DNA from: Chthoniobacteraceae bacterium
GTDB taxonomy: Bacteria; Verrucomicrobiota; Verrucomicrobiia; Chthoniobacterales; Chthoniobacteraceae
Direction of reading: 5' to 3'
NCBI GenBank assembly: GCA_031409655.1
Contig: JANNXQ010000060.1
Span: forward strand, 1-30,015
Length of the DNA stretch: 30,015 bases
Part shown: in pieces, positions 1 through 9,500 of the stretch
Layout of the letters: each line of letters opens with the position of its first letter
Numbering within the stretch: position 1 is the stretch's first letter
Notes under the pieces: model-generated
Seen by the model: the letters and a program-made list of their open reading frames with translations, nothing else
What the model was told of the DNA's origin: nothing
The model's database searches: none
Made by a program: the position numbers and the translations under genes

Positions 1-766
1 CCGCTTCCGCCTCGCGCTTGAGCTGCATGTCCCAGTATTCCAGCACGCGCGCATCTTTCTCTTCGCGCAATTCCGGCAGGACGATCTTCTGGAAAATGCC
101 GTCCACGTCACCCGGCTGCGCCTCCCACTTTTCCACCGCCACGAAGTCCGCCACCTTCATCCACTGCACTACCGGACTCGACGCCAGCGGGCGTTTCAGG
201 ATCTGGTCGCACATCCGCTTCACCGCTTGATCGTCGCCCACTTTCTCTTTGGCGCGCGCCTTTCCACCGGCGGCCGACTCCCGCTCTTTTTTGATCGTTT
301 CCTCGAGCGCTTCCACCGCCAGGTCCACGGCCCGCGCTTCCTTGGTGTAAGCGATCACCTGCGGCAAAAGATCTTTCATCGCCACCCCGTTTGAACGCTG
401 GAGCGTGAGTCCGAGCCAGACAAAGAAGAGCCGCGCCGCAGCCTGCCCCTCCTTGCTCTTGAGTCCCTCACCGTCGCGCTCTTTCCACGCGCGAAATCCC
501 GCATTCTCCTTGGCTGCGCCCTCGAATTGCGTAATCCGCACCGCTTCCTCCCAGAGCGCCGCCGCCCGTTCGCCGCTGGCCGCGCCAGCCGCCACTTGCT
601 GGATGGCGGTCTGCTTCGTCGTCTTGAGCTGCGCTGTCTGAGCGGCGCGCAATTGACGCAGGGTCGCCAGGATTTCCGCAGCATTCACCGGCGGCACATC
701 CTGCGCGTGGAGCGGAAGACTTGCGATCGAGAGAGCGAGAATGGTGCGGCGAATGGAGGGGAACAT
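1..766 (-). CDS. Hypothetical exported alpha-helical protein; 3' end runs off the window start (not in the ORF track)
   Basis: Manual translation from ATG 766: MFPSIRRTILALSIASLPLHAQDVPPVNAAEILATLRQLRAAQ...LEYWDMQLKREAEA, open to base 2. Signal-peptide-like N-terminus (LHA-QD). Starts 12 bp after the ybeY stop. Confidence 0.8.
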   Translation of the reverse strand, partial: MFPSIRRTILALSIASLPLHAQDVPPVNAAEILATLRQLRAAQTAQLKTTKQTAIQQVAAGAASGERAAALWEEAVRITQFEGAAKENAGFRAWKERDGEGLKSKEGQAAARLFFVWLGLTLQRSNGVAMKDLLPQVIAYTKEARAVDLAVEALEETIKKERESAAGGKARAKEKVGDDQAVKRMCDQILKRPLASSPVVQWMKVADFVAVEKWEAQPGDVDGIFQKIVLPELREEKDARVLEYWDMQLKREAEA

Positions 767-778
767 ACGTGAGAGCGA

Positions 779-1231
779 TTAAGCGGCGGCGAGTCGGGCG
801 AGGCAAGTTTTCATCACGCGATCCTGCACCCGGTGCATCGCGGCATGGTCGCGCGGTGCGCGGTCGTCGTAGCCATTCAGATGGAGCAGGCCGTGGATGA
901 TGTAGAGCGCGAGTTCGTGCTCGACGGTCTGGCCATACTGCCCGGCGTAGGCGCGCGCCGTCTCCGCGCTGATGACGATTTCCCCGTGCTCGAAAGTGAT
1001 CACATCCGTCGCCCCGGGGATGTTCATGAACTGCCGATGCACCCGCGCGATCGTGCGATCCGAAACGATCGCGACCTCGATCTCCTCCAGCGCCCCGAGC
1101 GCCTCCCGGCCATCCGCGCAATGCCGCAAACATTCCCCCAGCGCCACCTCCGCACAGCGCCGCAGCCAGCCCAGATCCAGGCGCACCGTGCGCTGCCGAT
1201 TGCCCACCGAGATCACCGGCGACGGACTCAC
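779..1231 (-). CDS. ybeY: rRNA maturation endoribonuclease YbeY
   Basis: Motifs HRQFMNIPGATDVITF, GEIVIS and YIIHGLLHLNGYDD. GTG start at 1231 overlaps the upstream TGA (GTGA). Usual position downstream of a 7TM-HD gene. Confidence 0.92.
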   Translation of the reverse strand: MSPSPVISVGNRQRTVRLDLGWLRRCAEVALGECLRHCADGREALGALEEIEVAIVSDRTIARVHRQFMNIPGATDVITFEHGEIVISAETARAYAGQYGQTVEHELALYIIHGLLHLNGYDDRAPRDHAAMHRVQDRVMKTCLARLAAA

Positions 1232-2883
1232 GCGGCCGACATCGGCGGGACGTTCGACGACTTCCCGGCCGGCGCCTGAACCTTCGACGGCGGCGTCGGC
1301 TGGATGCGCGAACCGCTTTGACTCTCCATCCGCTCCGTGCGCTGATCCGGGTAGGCCACGCGGCTGTGCATCATGCTGCGCAGGGTGTGCTTGAAACTCT
1401 CGGCCAGCTCTTCCAGCTCGCGCATCGTCAGGTCGCAATCCTTGAGCTGCCCGTCGAGAAGCCGGCCTTCGAAAATATCGTCCACGAGCTGATCGATCTT
1501 TTGCGGCGTCACCTTCTCCATGCTCCGGCTCGCGCTCTCGATGCTGTCCGCGAGATTAATGATCGCGCACTCGCGCGTCTCGGGCCGCGGCCCCGGATAG
1601 CGGAAGCTCTCCTCGCGCACCTCCGGGATATCCTCCTCGCGGATGTTTGTGATCTTCCCATCCGCGCGCGCTTCCTCCTGCTGCGTCTGCGCGCGTTTGT
1701 AGAAATACCAAACCAGCGACGTGCCATGATGCTGCTGGATGATGTCGATGATCTGCTGATTGAGCGCCGCCTTCAGCGCCAGATCCACGCCTTCCTTCAC
1801 ATGCGCGATGATCACCAGCGCGCTCATCGTCGGCGCCAGTTCGTCGTGCGGATTGCGATCCCGGCGCATGTTTTCGGTGAAATACTCGGGCTTCACCAGC
1901 TTCCCGATGTCGTGAAAATACGAGCACACGCGGCACATCGTGGCATTCGCACCGATCGCCTCCGCCGCCGCCTCCGCGAGATTCGCCACCACCAGGCTGT
2001 GGTGATACGTCCCTGGCGCCTCGAGCGTCAGCCGCCGGAGCAGCGGATGATTGAGATCGCTCAGTTCCAGCCAGGCGATGTCCGTGGTCACGCGGAAAGG
2101 ATTTTGCAAAGAAGCCACCGTCACCACCACGAGCAGCGCCGTGAGCACTCCCCCGCCCACCGCCGCCGCGCTCTGCCAGCCGACGAGCTGCCAGTTCATC
2201 CCGCCGAGATTTTCAAAGATGATCGGCCCGATCAACCCGTGGATGGCCGCCAGAATCCACGTCGCCACCCCCACGAAGACCCCTGCCCGCAGGAGCTGCG
2301 TCCAGCGCCGGATCTCGAGTGTCACAAAGACGGCGGTGAAGCCGACGATCAGACTCGTGACGATGAAAGCCGGATCGATCGCCTGCGCAAAGAACGCCCC
2401 CCAAAGGCTGACGAAGGTCGCGGCAAAAAGCCCGTGATTGCGCCCGAGCAGGACAGACAGCGCCAGCGGCGCAAAGGCCAGCGGCAGCACGAGCTGCCAG
2501 AGCTGCTGCCCCTGCGAACCGTAGCCCTGCGCCTCCGCCGTGAGCCGCACCGCTTTGATCAGCCCGAGATGCAGCAGACAGATGCCGAAGACGAGGAGCA
2601 GCCGGGAGTTGCTGGCAAAAGTGCGCGGGTGATTGATCCAGAGCTGGGCCAGCGCCGTGCAAAAGATGAGGACCGCGAGCAGCGCCTGCAACGCCGGTCG
2701 CGCATAGCGATCAGAATAGACGAGCAGCGCCAGCCCGACGACGAACCCCACGAAGACCCCGCACTTTGCCCACCACCCGTGCTCAAGCGTCTCCACCCAC
2801 TCGCTTTCAGTGCGGCGGCGTCGGACTTTCGACGATGCGAGCCCCTTTCGGACGAGGCGCTGTCTCTCAAAGAAACCAAGCAT
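1228..2883 (-). CDS. Membrane-bound HDIG-domain phosphohydrolase (7TM-HD, PgpH-like cyclic-di-AMP phosphodiesterase family)
   Basis: Several hydrophobic helices, then LELSDLNHPLL, APGTYHHS, HDIGK, HVKEG, QHHGT, YPGPRP and LADSIE motifs. Coupled to ybeY. Confidence 0.88.
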   Translation of the reverse strand: MLGFFERQRLVRKGLASSKVRRRRTESEWVETLEHGWWAKCGVFVGFVVGLALLVYSDRYARPALQALLAVLIFCTALAQLWINHPRTFASNSRLLLVFGICLLHLGLIKAVRLTAEAQGYGSQGQQLWQLVLPLAFAPLALSVLLGRNHGLFAATFVSLWGAFFAQAIDPAFIVTSLIVGFTAVFVTLEIRRWTQLLRAGVFVGVATWILAAIHGLIGPIIFENLGGMNWQLVGWQSAAAVGGGVLTALLVVVTVASLQNPFRVTTDIAWLELSDLNHPLLRRLTLEAPGTYHHSLVVANLAEAAAEAIGANATMCRVCSYFHDIGKLVKPEYFTENMRRDRNPHDELAPTMSALVIIAHVKEGVDLALKAALNQQIIDIIQQHHGTSLVWYFYKRAQTQQEEARADGKITNIREEDIPEVREESFRYPGPRPETRECAIINLADSIESASRSMEKVTPQKIDQLVDDIFEGRLLDGQLKDCDLTMRELEELAESFKHTLRSMMHSRVAYPDQRTERMESQSGSRIQPTPPSKVQAPAGKSSNVPPMSAA

Positions 2884-2939
2884 TGGCGGGTATTGGCCGG
2901 CAAGGTCAGATGCCGGGCAGGGAAATGCAACCCGGAATG

Positions 2940-2989
2940 CTTCCCCCTCATCCTCTTCACTTCCTCTTCCTCTCCATCCTCATCATCCC
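2940..2989. repeat. G-free pyrimidine-rich low-complexity tract in a divergent intergenic region
   Basis: 50 nt with no G on the + strand (45 C/T, 5 A), built of tcctc/ttcc/catc units. Confidence 0.6.
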
Positions 2990-3080
2990 GCGCCACCGCT
3001 CAAGAGACGACGAGTTCAGGCCCGCCAACCCGCAGTTTATTGATAATTTTCCGCCCTCTCGGGTATCTCCTCCGCACGCC

Positions 3081-4367
3081 ATGCACCTAATGCCCCCACG
3101 CCTCTCCGCCCTCGCCCTCCTGCTCACCGCCCTCTCCGCTCCCGCCGCCCAGCAGGATTGGCCGCAATTCCGCGGACCCACTGGCCAGGGCATCTCCGCG
3201 GCCACGGATCTCCCGCTGAAATGGGATGCCACGACCAACGTCGCTTGGAAGGTGGAACTGCCGGGCAAAGGCTGGTCTTCACCGGTGCTCGCGCAAGGCC
3301 GCATCTACCTCACCGCTGCCGCGCTGCCAGAAGGCGGCGGCGATCTCACCCTCCGGGCGCTCTGCCTCGATGCGGCCAAGGGAAGCGTCCTCTGGGACAC
3401 CGAAGTCTTCCGCCCCGATCCCGGCAGCGCCACCGCGATGCATAAGAAAAACACCCCGGCGAGCCCGACACCGATCGTCACCGCAGATCGGCTCTACGTT
3501 CACTTTGGCCACATGGGCACTGCCGCGCTCGACCTCGCCGGGCAGGTCCTCTGGCGGCAGGAGGAGTTGAAATATCCACCCGTCCACGGCACCGGCGGCT
3601 CCCCGATCCTCGTGGAAGGCGCGCTCATCTTCAGTTGCGATGGCAAAGCAGATCCCTTCCTCGTCGCGCTCGACGCCGCCACCGGCGCAATCCGCTGGAA
3701 GACCCCGCGCAACACGACCGCGAAGAAACCCTTCTCCTTCTCCACCCCACTCGCCATCACGGTCGATGGCACCACGCAGATCATCAGCCCCGGCAGCGGC
3801 TTCGTCGGCGGCTACGACCTGCGCGATGGCCACGAACGCTGGCGCGTTGGCTACGGCGAAGGTTACTCCGTCGTCCCCCGCCCCGTGTATGCGCACGGCC
3901 TGCTCTTCGTCAGCTCCAGCTTCGACAAGCCCGTCTTCCACGCCATCAAACCCGCCGGCGCCACCGGCGACGCCACCGCCACGGCCATCGCCTGGACCAT
4001 CCCGAAGAGCGCCCCGCACACCGCCTCCGCCGTGGTCGTCGGTAATGAAGTCTTCTTCGTCTCCGACGCCGGCATCGCCACCTGCGCCGATGCCAAGGAC
4101 GGCACCATCCACTGGACCGAACGCCTCGGCGGCAACTTCTCCGCCTCCCCCATCGTCGCCGAAGGCCGCATCTATTTCCAAAACGAAGAAGGCATCGGCT
4201 ACGTCGTGAAAGCCGCCAAGACCCACGAGTTACTCGCCACCAACGACCTCGGCGCACGCACCCTCGCCTCCCCCGCCGCGATCGACGGCGCCCTCTTCCT
4301 CCGCTCGGAAGGGCACCTGTGGAAAATTACGCGCGGCGAGAGCGCGACTACCGCCGCAGGGCGTTGA
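3081..4367 (+). CDS. Exported PQQ-like (BamB-like) beta-propeller repeat protein
   Basis: Signal peptide, then DWPQFRGPTGQG, NVAWKVELPGKGWSSPV and repeated 'D..TG...W' and 'SP' blade motifs, typical of PVC-phylum PQQ_2 proteins. Start ATG 3081 or 3090. Confidence 0.9.
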   Translation: MHLMPPRLSALALLLTALSAPAAQQDWPQFRGPTGQGISAATDLPLKWDATTNVAWKVELPGKGWSSPVLAQGRIYLTAAALPEGGGDLTLRALCLDAAKGSVLWDTEVFRPDPGSATAMHKKNTPASPTPIVTADRLYVHFGHMGTAALDLAGQVLWRQEELKYPPVHGTGGSPILVEGALIFSCDGKADPFLVALDAATGAIRWKTPRNTTAKKPFSFSTPLAITVDGTTQIISPGSGFVGGYDLRDGHERWRVGYGEGYSVVPRPVYAHGLLFVSSSFDKPVFHAIKPAGATGDATATAIAWTIPKSAPHTASAVVVGNEVFFVSDAGIATCADAKDGTIHWTERLGGNFSASPIVAEGRIYFQNEEGIGYVVKAAKTHELLATNDLGARTLASPAAIDGALFLRSEGHLWKITRGESATTAAGR

Positions 4368-4508
4368 TCAACTCGTCGAGCTTGTCGGTGATCATCTGCG
4401 CTTCCCCCTTGCTCCCAGCCGCAGCCTCGGAACGAGGGAACGGCGGGGCGCCGGGCCGCGCCCAAAACATTCCGTCCGCTGCAGGGTGTCATCCACTTCG
4501 ATGCCGAA

Positions 4509-4723
4509 AACGCCGAAGGCGTTTCATCATCCAGCCCAAGGTTGCGAGGCACGAGCTACCCTGGGTCGGCAATCGAGAGATGCGTCAACTCTGAAGGAGT
4601 TGAATCACCCGGCTCGGCCACCCCAGGATGCAACTCCGTTGGAGTTGGCGCTCTTTTCCCGGAAAACCCAGGGTAGCTCGTGCCTCGCAACCCTGGGCTG
4701 ATGGATGCACCGCCTTCGGCGTT
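4509..4723. repeat. REP/REPIN-like composite palindromic element
   Basis: 4532-4566 is the reverse complement of 4666-4700 (34/35 identical). 4509-4521 pairs with 4711-4723. Two inner hairpins: CAACTC-TGAAG-GAGTTG (4586-4602) and CAACTCC-GTT-GGAGTTG (4631-4647). Confidence 0.85.
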
Positions 4724-5011
4724 GGATCTGCAGAGTGCATGACACGCGCGAGCCTCCCGCGGATTTCCGTTTCGACAAGCCACTGCACCCGGCCTCAGGC
4801 CCTGCCCACCCGTGCCACTTTGACACGAAAACAGGACGCTCCGGCGCGTAGGAATCGACAATCGTGTTGCCGATAAAGACGCTGTGAAGCACTCAACAAT
4901 TTGCTCATGATCCACGAGTTCGCCGGCGGCAGCGTAACTCCGCACCCAAGAACCCACCTAGACAACTTCGACAACACATCAATGCTCCCCTAAGCACCTC
5001 GCTCACGTGCC

Positions 5012-5629
5012 GTGACTACAACAAACGAAATGCGGCGGACATTGCTGTTGTTGACGACGATTGCGGTCGCCTCGCTGGTGGCGGTTACTTGGGCGCTGAT
5101 TCGTGTTTCGCGATGGGTTGTTGTCCATGACGCAGTCTGGGACCAGATGGATAGGGAAGGAGCACATTTGGAGCATGCGATAGCCATGATTTTCTGCGCT
5201 GCTCGTCTTTTTTACCTTCCCGCGATCGAGGCCGCAGTTGGCATCGTGTTTCTCATCTTGTTGTGGCGTGCTCTGTCACGAGAACCGCGCCCGACGCAGG
5301 ACCAGTCGGCAGCAAAATCCGGAATTAAAATAGTCTCTGAAACACTCGGAAGCGGCCCGGTGCTGAAGAAGGGAGACCGGGTTCGGCTCACCTACGATAT
5401 GCAGCTCAATCGCGGGGATTTTTTGTTCAAGGACCAACAGGCAATGTTGACAGTCGGAGACCGGAACTTCATCGCAGGATTCCGATATGGATTGGAGGGG
5501 ATGCGGGCAGGAGGCACTCGGCGCTTCAGAGCCAGTCCTCACCTGTGCTATCGCGACACGGAGGTCGCTGGCATTCCGAAGAACGCCGTGCTTGTTTGTG
5601 ACATTAAGAATGTGGAGATCGTATCCTGA
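5012..5629 (+). CDS. Membrane protein with a C-terminal FKBP-type peptidyl-prolyl isomerase-like domain
   Basis: 2-3 N-terminal hydrophobic segments. C-terminus GSGPVLKKGDRVRLTY...IAGFRYGLEGMRAGGTRRFRASPHLCY...GIPKNAVLVCDI follows the FKBP_C pattern. Alternative start ATG 5030. Confidence 0.8.
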   Translation: MTTTNEMRRTLLLLTTIAVASLVAVTWALIRVSRWVVVHDAVWDQMDREGAHLEHAIAMIFCAARLFYLPAIEAAVGIVFLILLWRALSREPRPTQDQSAAKSGIKIVSETLGSGPVLKKGDRVRLTYDMQLNRGDFLFKDQQAMLTVGDRNFIAGFRYGLEGMRAGGTRRFRASPHLCYRDTEVAGIPKNAVLVCDIKNVEIVS

Positions 5630-5717
5630 CTCCGCCGAGCGGTTCGCACGCCGGAGCGACTACGTGCGTCCCGAGTAACAAAAGCTAAGACAAGCAGCCT
5701 CCAACTCCACCCACCCC

Positions 5718-6005
5718 GTTAAATCCAAGACCGAAAACGCGGACCTGAGCGGGTCCGAATGCATCAAGACCAACCTGAGCGCGGCGCAGTTTCGCGATGT
5801 GCGTCTCGCGGAGGCTCAGTTCGTGGATTTGAACCTCGCGGGAGCTCGTTTCGAGGATGTTGCCATGACCCACACCTTCATTCACAACGCCAACTGTTCC
5901 CACTGAACCATCGTGGACGCCTGCTATGAGGGAATGCGCATCGACGGCCTCCTCGTCACCGAGCTGCTGCGCGTCTAGCGCGGCCAGCCACCAAAATCTC
6001 AATGA
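5718..6005 (+). pseudogene. Pentapeptide-repeat protein pseudogene
   Basis: One frame reads KSKTENADLSGSECIKTNLSAAQFRDVRLAEAQFVDLNLAGARFEDVAMTHTFIHNANCSH*TIVDACYEGMRIDGLLVTELLRV*RGQ. In-frame TGA 5904-5906 and TAG 5976-5978; no clear ATG at the expected N-terminus. Confidence 0.75.
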
Positions 6006-6041
6006 CCGCTCCGACGGCTCGGAGCGTTTCCCCACTTTTTC

Positions 6042-6539
6042 ATGCGCCGCCTGCTGGTGACCGTGCTGCTGCCCTCCCTCACGCGCTGGATCGAAGCTCG
6101 GGAGCGGCAAATCCTCGCGGAGGGCACCCCGCTCGATGAGCAGGGCACCGCCGACGCCCGCACAGTCGGGGTGGCGCACCCTCACCAGGTCCGTCTCCTG
6201 CGAGTGTCCGAGGTGCCGTTGCCCGCTGGTCGCCTGATCCATCTGGCCGCGCGTTTGGGAGGCGGACCGTGGAGGAACACGGCTGGCCTGACGGCCCGCT
6301 ACGGGATTTTCATTCGCGAGTCCGATTGGGGCGATCGACGCCTCGTCGCGCACGAACTGGTGCATACCGCGCAATACGAACGGCTCGGCGGCATCACTCC
6401 CTTCCTGCGGGTGTATCTCACGCAGTGCCTGACCAGCGGCTACTCCGCAGCCGCTTTGGAGTTGGAAGCCAGCACCGCTGCGGCGGCCCTTGCTCGTTCC
6501 CACGACCGCGGCGGCTGCGACACTCACCCAAAGATGTGA
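6042..6539 (+). CDS. DUF4157-like HExxH zinc-metallopeptidase-fold protein
   Basis: AGLTARYGIFI...LVAHELVHTAQYERLGG...Y...LELEA pattern. Confidence 0.75.
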   Translation: MRRLLVTVLLPSLTRWIEARERQILAEGTPLDEQGTADARTVGVAHPHQVRLLRVSEVPLPAGRLIHLAARLGGGPWRNTAGLTARYGIFIRESDWGDRRLVAHELVHTAQYERLGGITPFLRVYLTQCLTSGYSAAALELEASTAAAALARSHDRGGCDTHPKM

Positions 6540-6558
6540 GCGACTCGCTTCGGAGCGC

Positions 6559-6567
6559 TGTTACATT
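6559..6567 (+). promoter_or_regulatory. Possible extended -10 element (TG-n-TACATT) giving a near-leaderless transcript
   Basis: TGTTACATT ends 10 nt before ATG 6578, and no Shine-Dalgarno motif is visible. Confidence 0.35.
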
Positions 6568-6577
6568 CTGCTCCACG

Positions 6578-9500
6578 ATGCGTTCCGATCTCTCCCCCAT
6601 TGCGCCCATTTTTTTCGTCGGTGCGCTCGGCTTATCGAGCGCTGGATCGCTCGCGGCGGCAGCGCCGGATTTCCAGCGCGAGATTCGCCCGATCCTTTCG
6701 AACAACTGCTTCCACTGCCATGGGCCGGATCAGGATGAACGCAAGGGCGGCAAGGAGGGCTCGGGTGGGCTGCGGCTGGATACGGAGGAAGGGGCGCGCG
6801 CGGCGCTCGACGACGGTTTTTTCTCCATCGTCCCCGGCGCGCCGGAAAAGAGCGCGGTGATCGAGCGCATCACGACCGATGACCGGGACGACCTGATGCC
6901 GCCGAAGAAGACGGGCAAGAAACTCACCGCGCGCGAGGTGGACCTCCTCAAGCGCTGGATCGCGAGCGGGGCGAAGTATGCGAATCACTGGGCCTATGAC
7001 AAACCGCAGCGGCCCCCGGTGCCGGAGATTTCCGATCTCGGCTTTCAGCTTCCGAGCGTGACGTGGACGAATCCGATCGACGCCTTTCTTTTCCAGCGGC
7101 TCGAGCGGGAGCACCTCACGCCAGCCGCGGAGGCGGATCGCACCACGCTCCTCCGCCGCGTCTCACTCGATCTCACGGGGCTGCCGCCGACCTTGGAGGA
7201 AGCGGACACTTTCCTCGCGGACACGGTGCCCGATGCTTACGCGCGGCTCGTGGATCGGCTGCTGGCGTCGCCAGCGTATGGCGAGCATTGGGGGCGGATG
7301 TGGCTGGATCTGGCGCGGTACGCGGACTCCGCGGGCTATGCGGATGACCCGCCGCGGACCATCTGGGCGTATCGCGACTACGTGATCAATGCCTTCAATC
7401 GCAACCTGCCCTTTGATCGCTTCACGATCGAGCAACTGGCCGGCGATCTCCTGCCAGAGCCGACCGAGGAGCAGCTCATCGCGACCGCCTTTCACCGGAA
7501 TACGATGACGAATAACGAAGGCGGCACGCCAGACGAGGAGTATCGGAATGCGGCCGTCGTCGATCGCACGAACACCACGCTGGCGGTGTGGATGGGCACG
7601 TCCTTTGCCTGCGCGCAGTGCCACACGCACAAGTACGACCCGATCACGCACCACGAGTACTACCGGGCGTTCGCGTTCTTCAACAATACGGCGGACGCGG
7701 ACAAGAAGGACGAGTCGCCGCTGCTCAGTTTTTTCTCCGCGGAGCAGCGTCAGCAACGCACGCAATGGGAAGCAGAGTTGGCGGCGCTCGACGCGAAGTT
7801 CAAGGACGCCGGCACCAAGCTCGCAGCGGGTGCGGAGAAGTGGGCGCACGCTTTCCCCGCACAACTCGACTGGCGCGCGCCGCAGATGCCGGCCTGGACC
7901 GCGCAGTCCGGCGCAGTGCTGGAGCCGCAGCCGGATGGCACGGTGCTCGTGGCGCAAAACTCCGCGAAGAAGGATGCTTACACGCTCGAAATCCCGATCG
8001 CCGCCGCGCAGAAGCTGAGCGCGCTGCGGCTCGAATCGCTGCCGCACGAGGCGCTGCCGGGCAAGGGCGCGGGACATGGCGGCGGGAACTTCGTGGTCAC
8101 GCGGGTGCGCGCGGCGGTCGCTCCGCCGGAGGGTTCGGCGGGACCGGTCGCGCGTTTCGTGCGGATCGACCTGCCCGGCAAATCGAAAATCCTCCAGCTC
8201 GCGGAAGTGCAAGTGCTGAGCGGTGGCGTGAACGTCGCGCTCCAAGGCGAGGCGAAGCAGACGGATAGCTTCAGCGGGGCGATCGCCGGGCGCGCGATCG
8301 ACGGCGAGACCGCCGGCGAGTGGGAGAAAGCCTCCGTGGCGCACACCACCGAAGGGGACAATCGCTACTGGGAGGTGGACCTGAAGCAGGACTATCCGAT
8401 CCAGAGGATCGTCGTCTGGAATCGCGCGGAGATCCCGGAGCGGCTCGCCGGTTTCCGCATCGCGGCGCTCGATGCGAACCGCCAGCCCGTATGGGAGCAG
8501 GCCGGCAATACCGCGCCGCAACCGAGCGCGACCTTTGCCGTGAATGGCGCGCGCGAAATTCCCTTCGCCGAAGTCTCCGCGGACTTCACGCAGACCGGCT
8601 TCGATCCGAAGCTGGTACTCGTGGAGGCCGCGCCGAAGGACGCCAGGAAAGGCCCGGAGAAAGGGTGGGCCATCGGCGGCGCGGCGACCAAGCCGCACAC
8701 CCTCACGCTGCTCGCGACGAAGCCCGTGGAGTTGCCTGCGGGCGCAAAACTCCGCGTGACTATCGAGCAGCAATCCAAACACGACGGCCACACGCTCGGC
8801 CACTTCCGGGTCTCGACCACCGACGATGCGCGCGTCGCGGAGCATCTCCGCACCCCGAGTGAGGTGATCGCCGCTCTCGCCGCGCCGGAAGCGGAGCGGA
8901 CGCCCGCGCAGCGCGATCGGATCGCCGATCACTACGTGCGCACGATTGCGCCGGATTTGAAAGCGGAGCGCCAGCAACTCGCCGCACTGCAAAAGCAGAT
9001 CGCCAGCATCACCGCCAACACCGTCCCGATTTTCCGTGAACTCCCCGCCGAGCAGCGCCGGAAGACGGCCGTCCAGATTCGCGGGAACTATCAATCGCTC
9101 GGCGACGCCGTCACGGAAGGCGTGCCCGCGGCGTTTCATCCGCTGCCCCAGGACGCGCCGATGAACCGCCTCACGTTCGCGAAGTGGCTCGTGGACGAAG
9201 CTAATCCGCTAACGGCCCGGGTGGTCGCGAATCGTTTCTGGGAGCAGCTCTTCGGGATCGGGATCGTGCGGACGAGCGAGGAATTCGGCGCGCAAGGTGA
9301 TCTGCCCGAGCATCCCGAGTTGCTCGACTGGCTGGCCACGGAACTGGTGCGCCTGAAGTGGGACATGAAGGGTTTCGTGAAGTTACTCGTGACGACGCAT
9401 GCGTATCGGCAGGCCTCGAAAGCCACGCCGGACCTGCTCGAGCGCGACCCGGACAACCGGCTGCTCGCGCGCGGCCCGCGGCTGCGGATGAGCGCGGAAG

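Noticed and set aside
3081..4367. True bamB or a PQQ dehydrogenase
   Set aside because: No lipobox or dehydrogenase catalytic features; it fits the expanded PVC propeller family.
4400..4442. Weak hairpin TTCCCCCTTGCTCC...GGAACGAGGGAA after the PQQ gene
   Set aside because: Too degenerate and lacks a U tract, so it cannot be called a terminator or REP.
4800..4820. TGGCACGGGTGGGCA on the minus strand as a sigma54 promoter (also similar GGCA..TGC strings near 2895-2930)
   Set aside because: GG-to-GC spacing is off by one base, and no suitable downstream gene exists for the 4800 site.
4319..4977. Short ORFs over the first palindrome, and 10099-10355 over the second
   Set aside because: The same peptide appears on both strands (PRVARHELPWV; GAYASRVLV), which is an artefact of the inverted repeats.
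6269..6577. N-terminal extensions from the ORF track (6269, 2766, 15289, 25380, 1438, 15968, 18366)
   Set aside because: They overlap neighbouring genes or precede clear signal peptides or family N-termini, so downstream starts were used.
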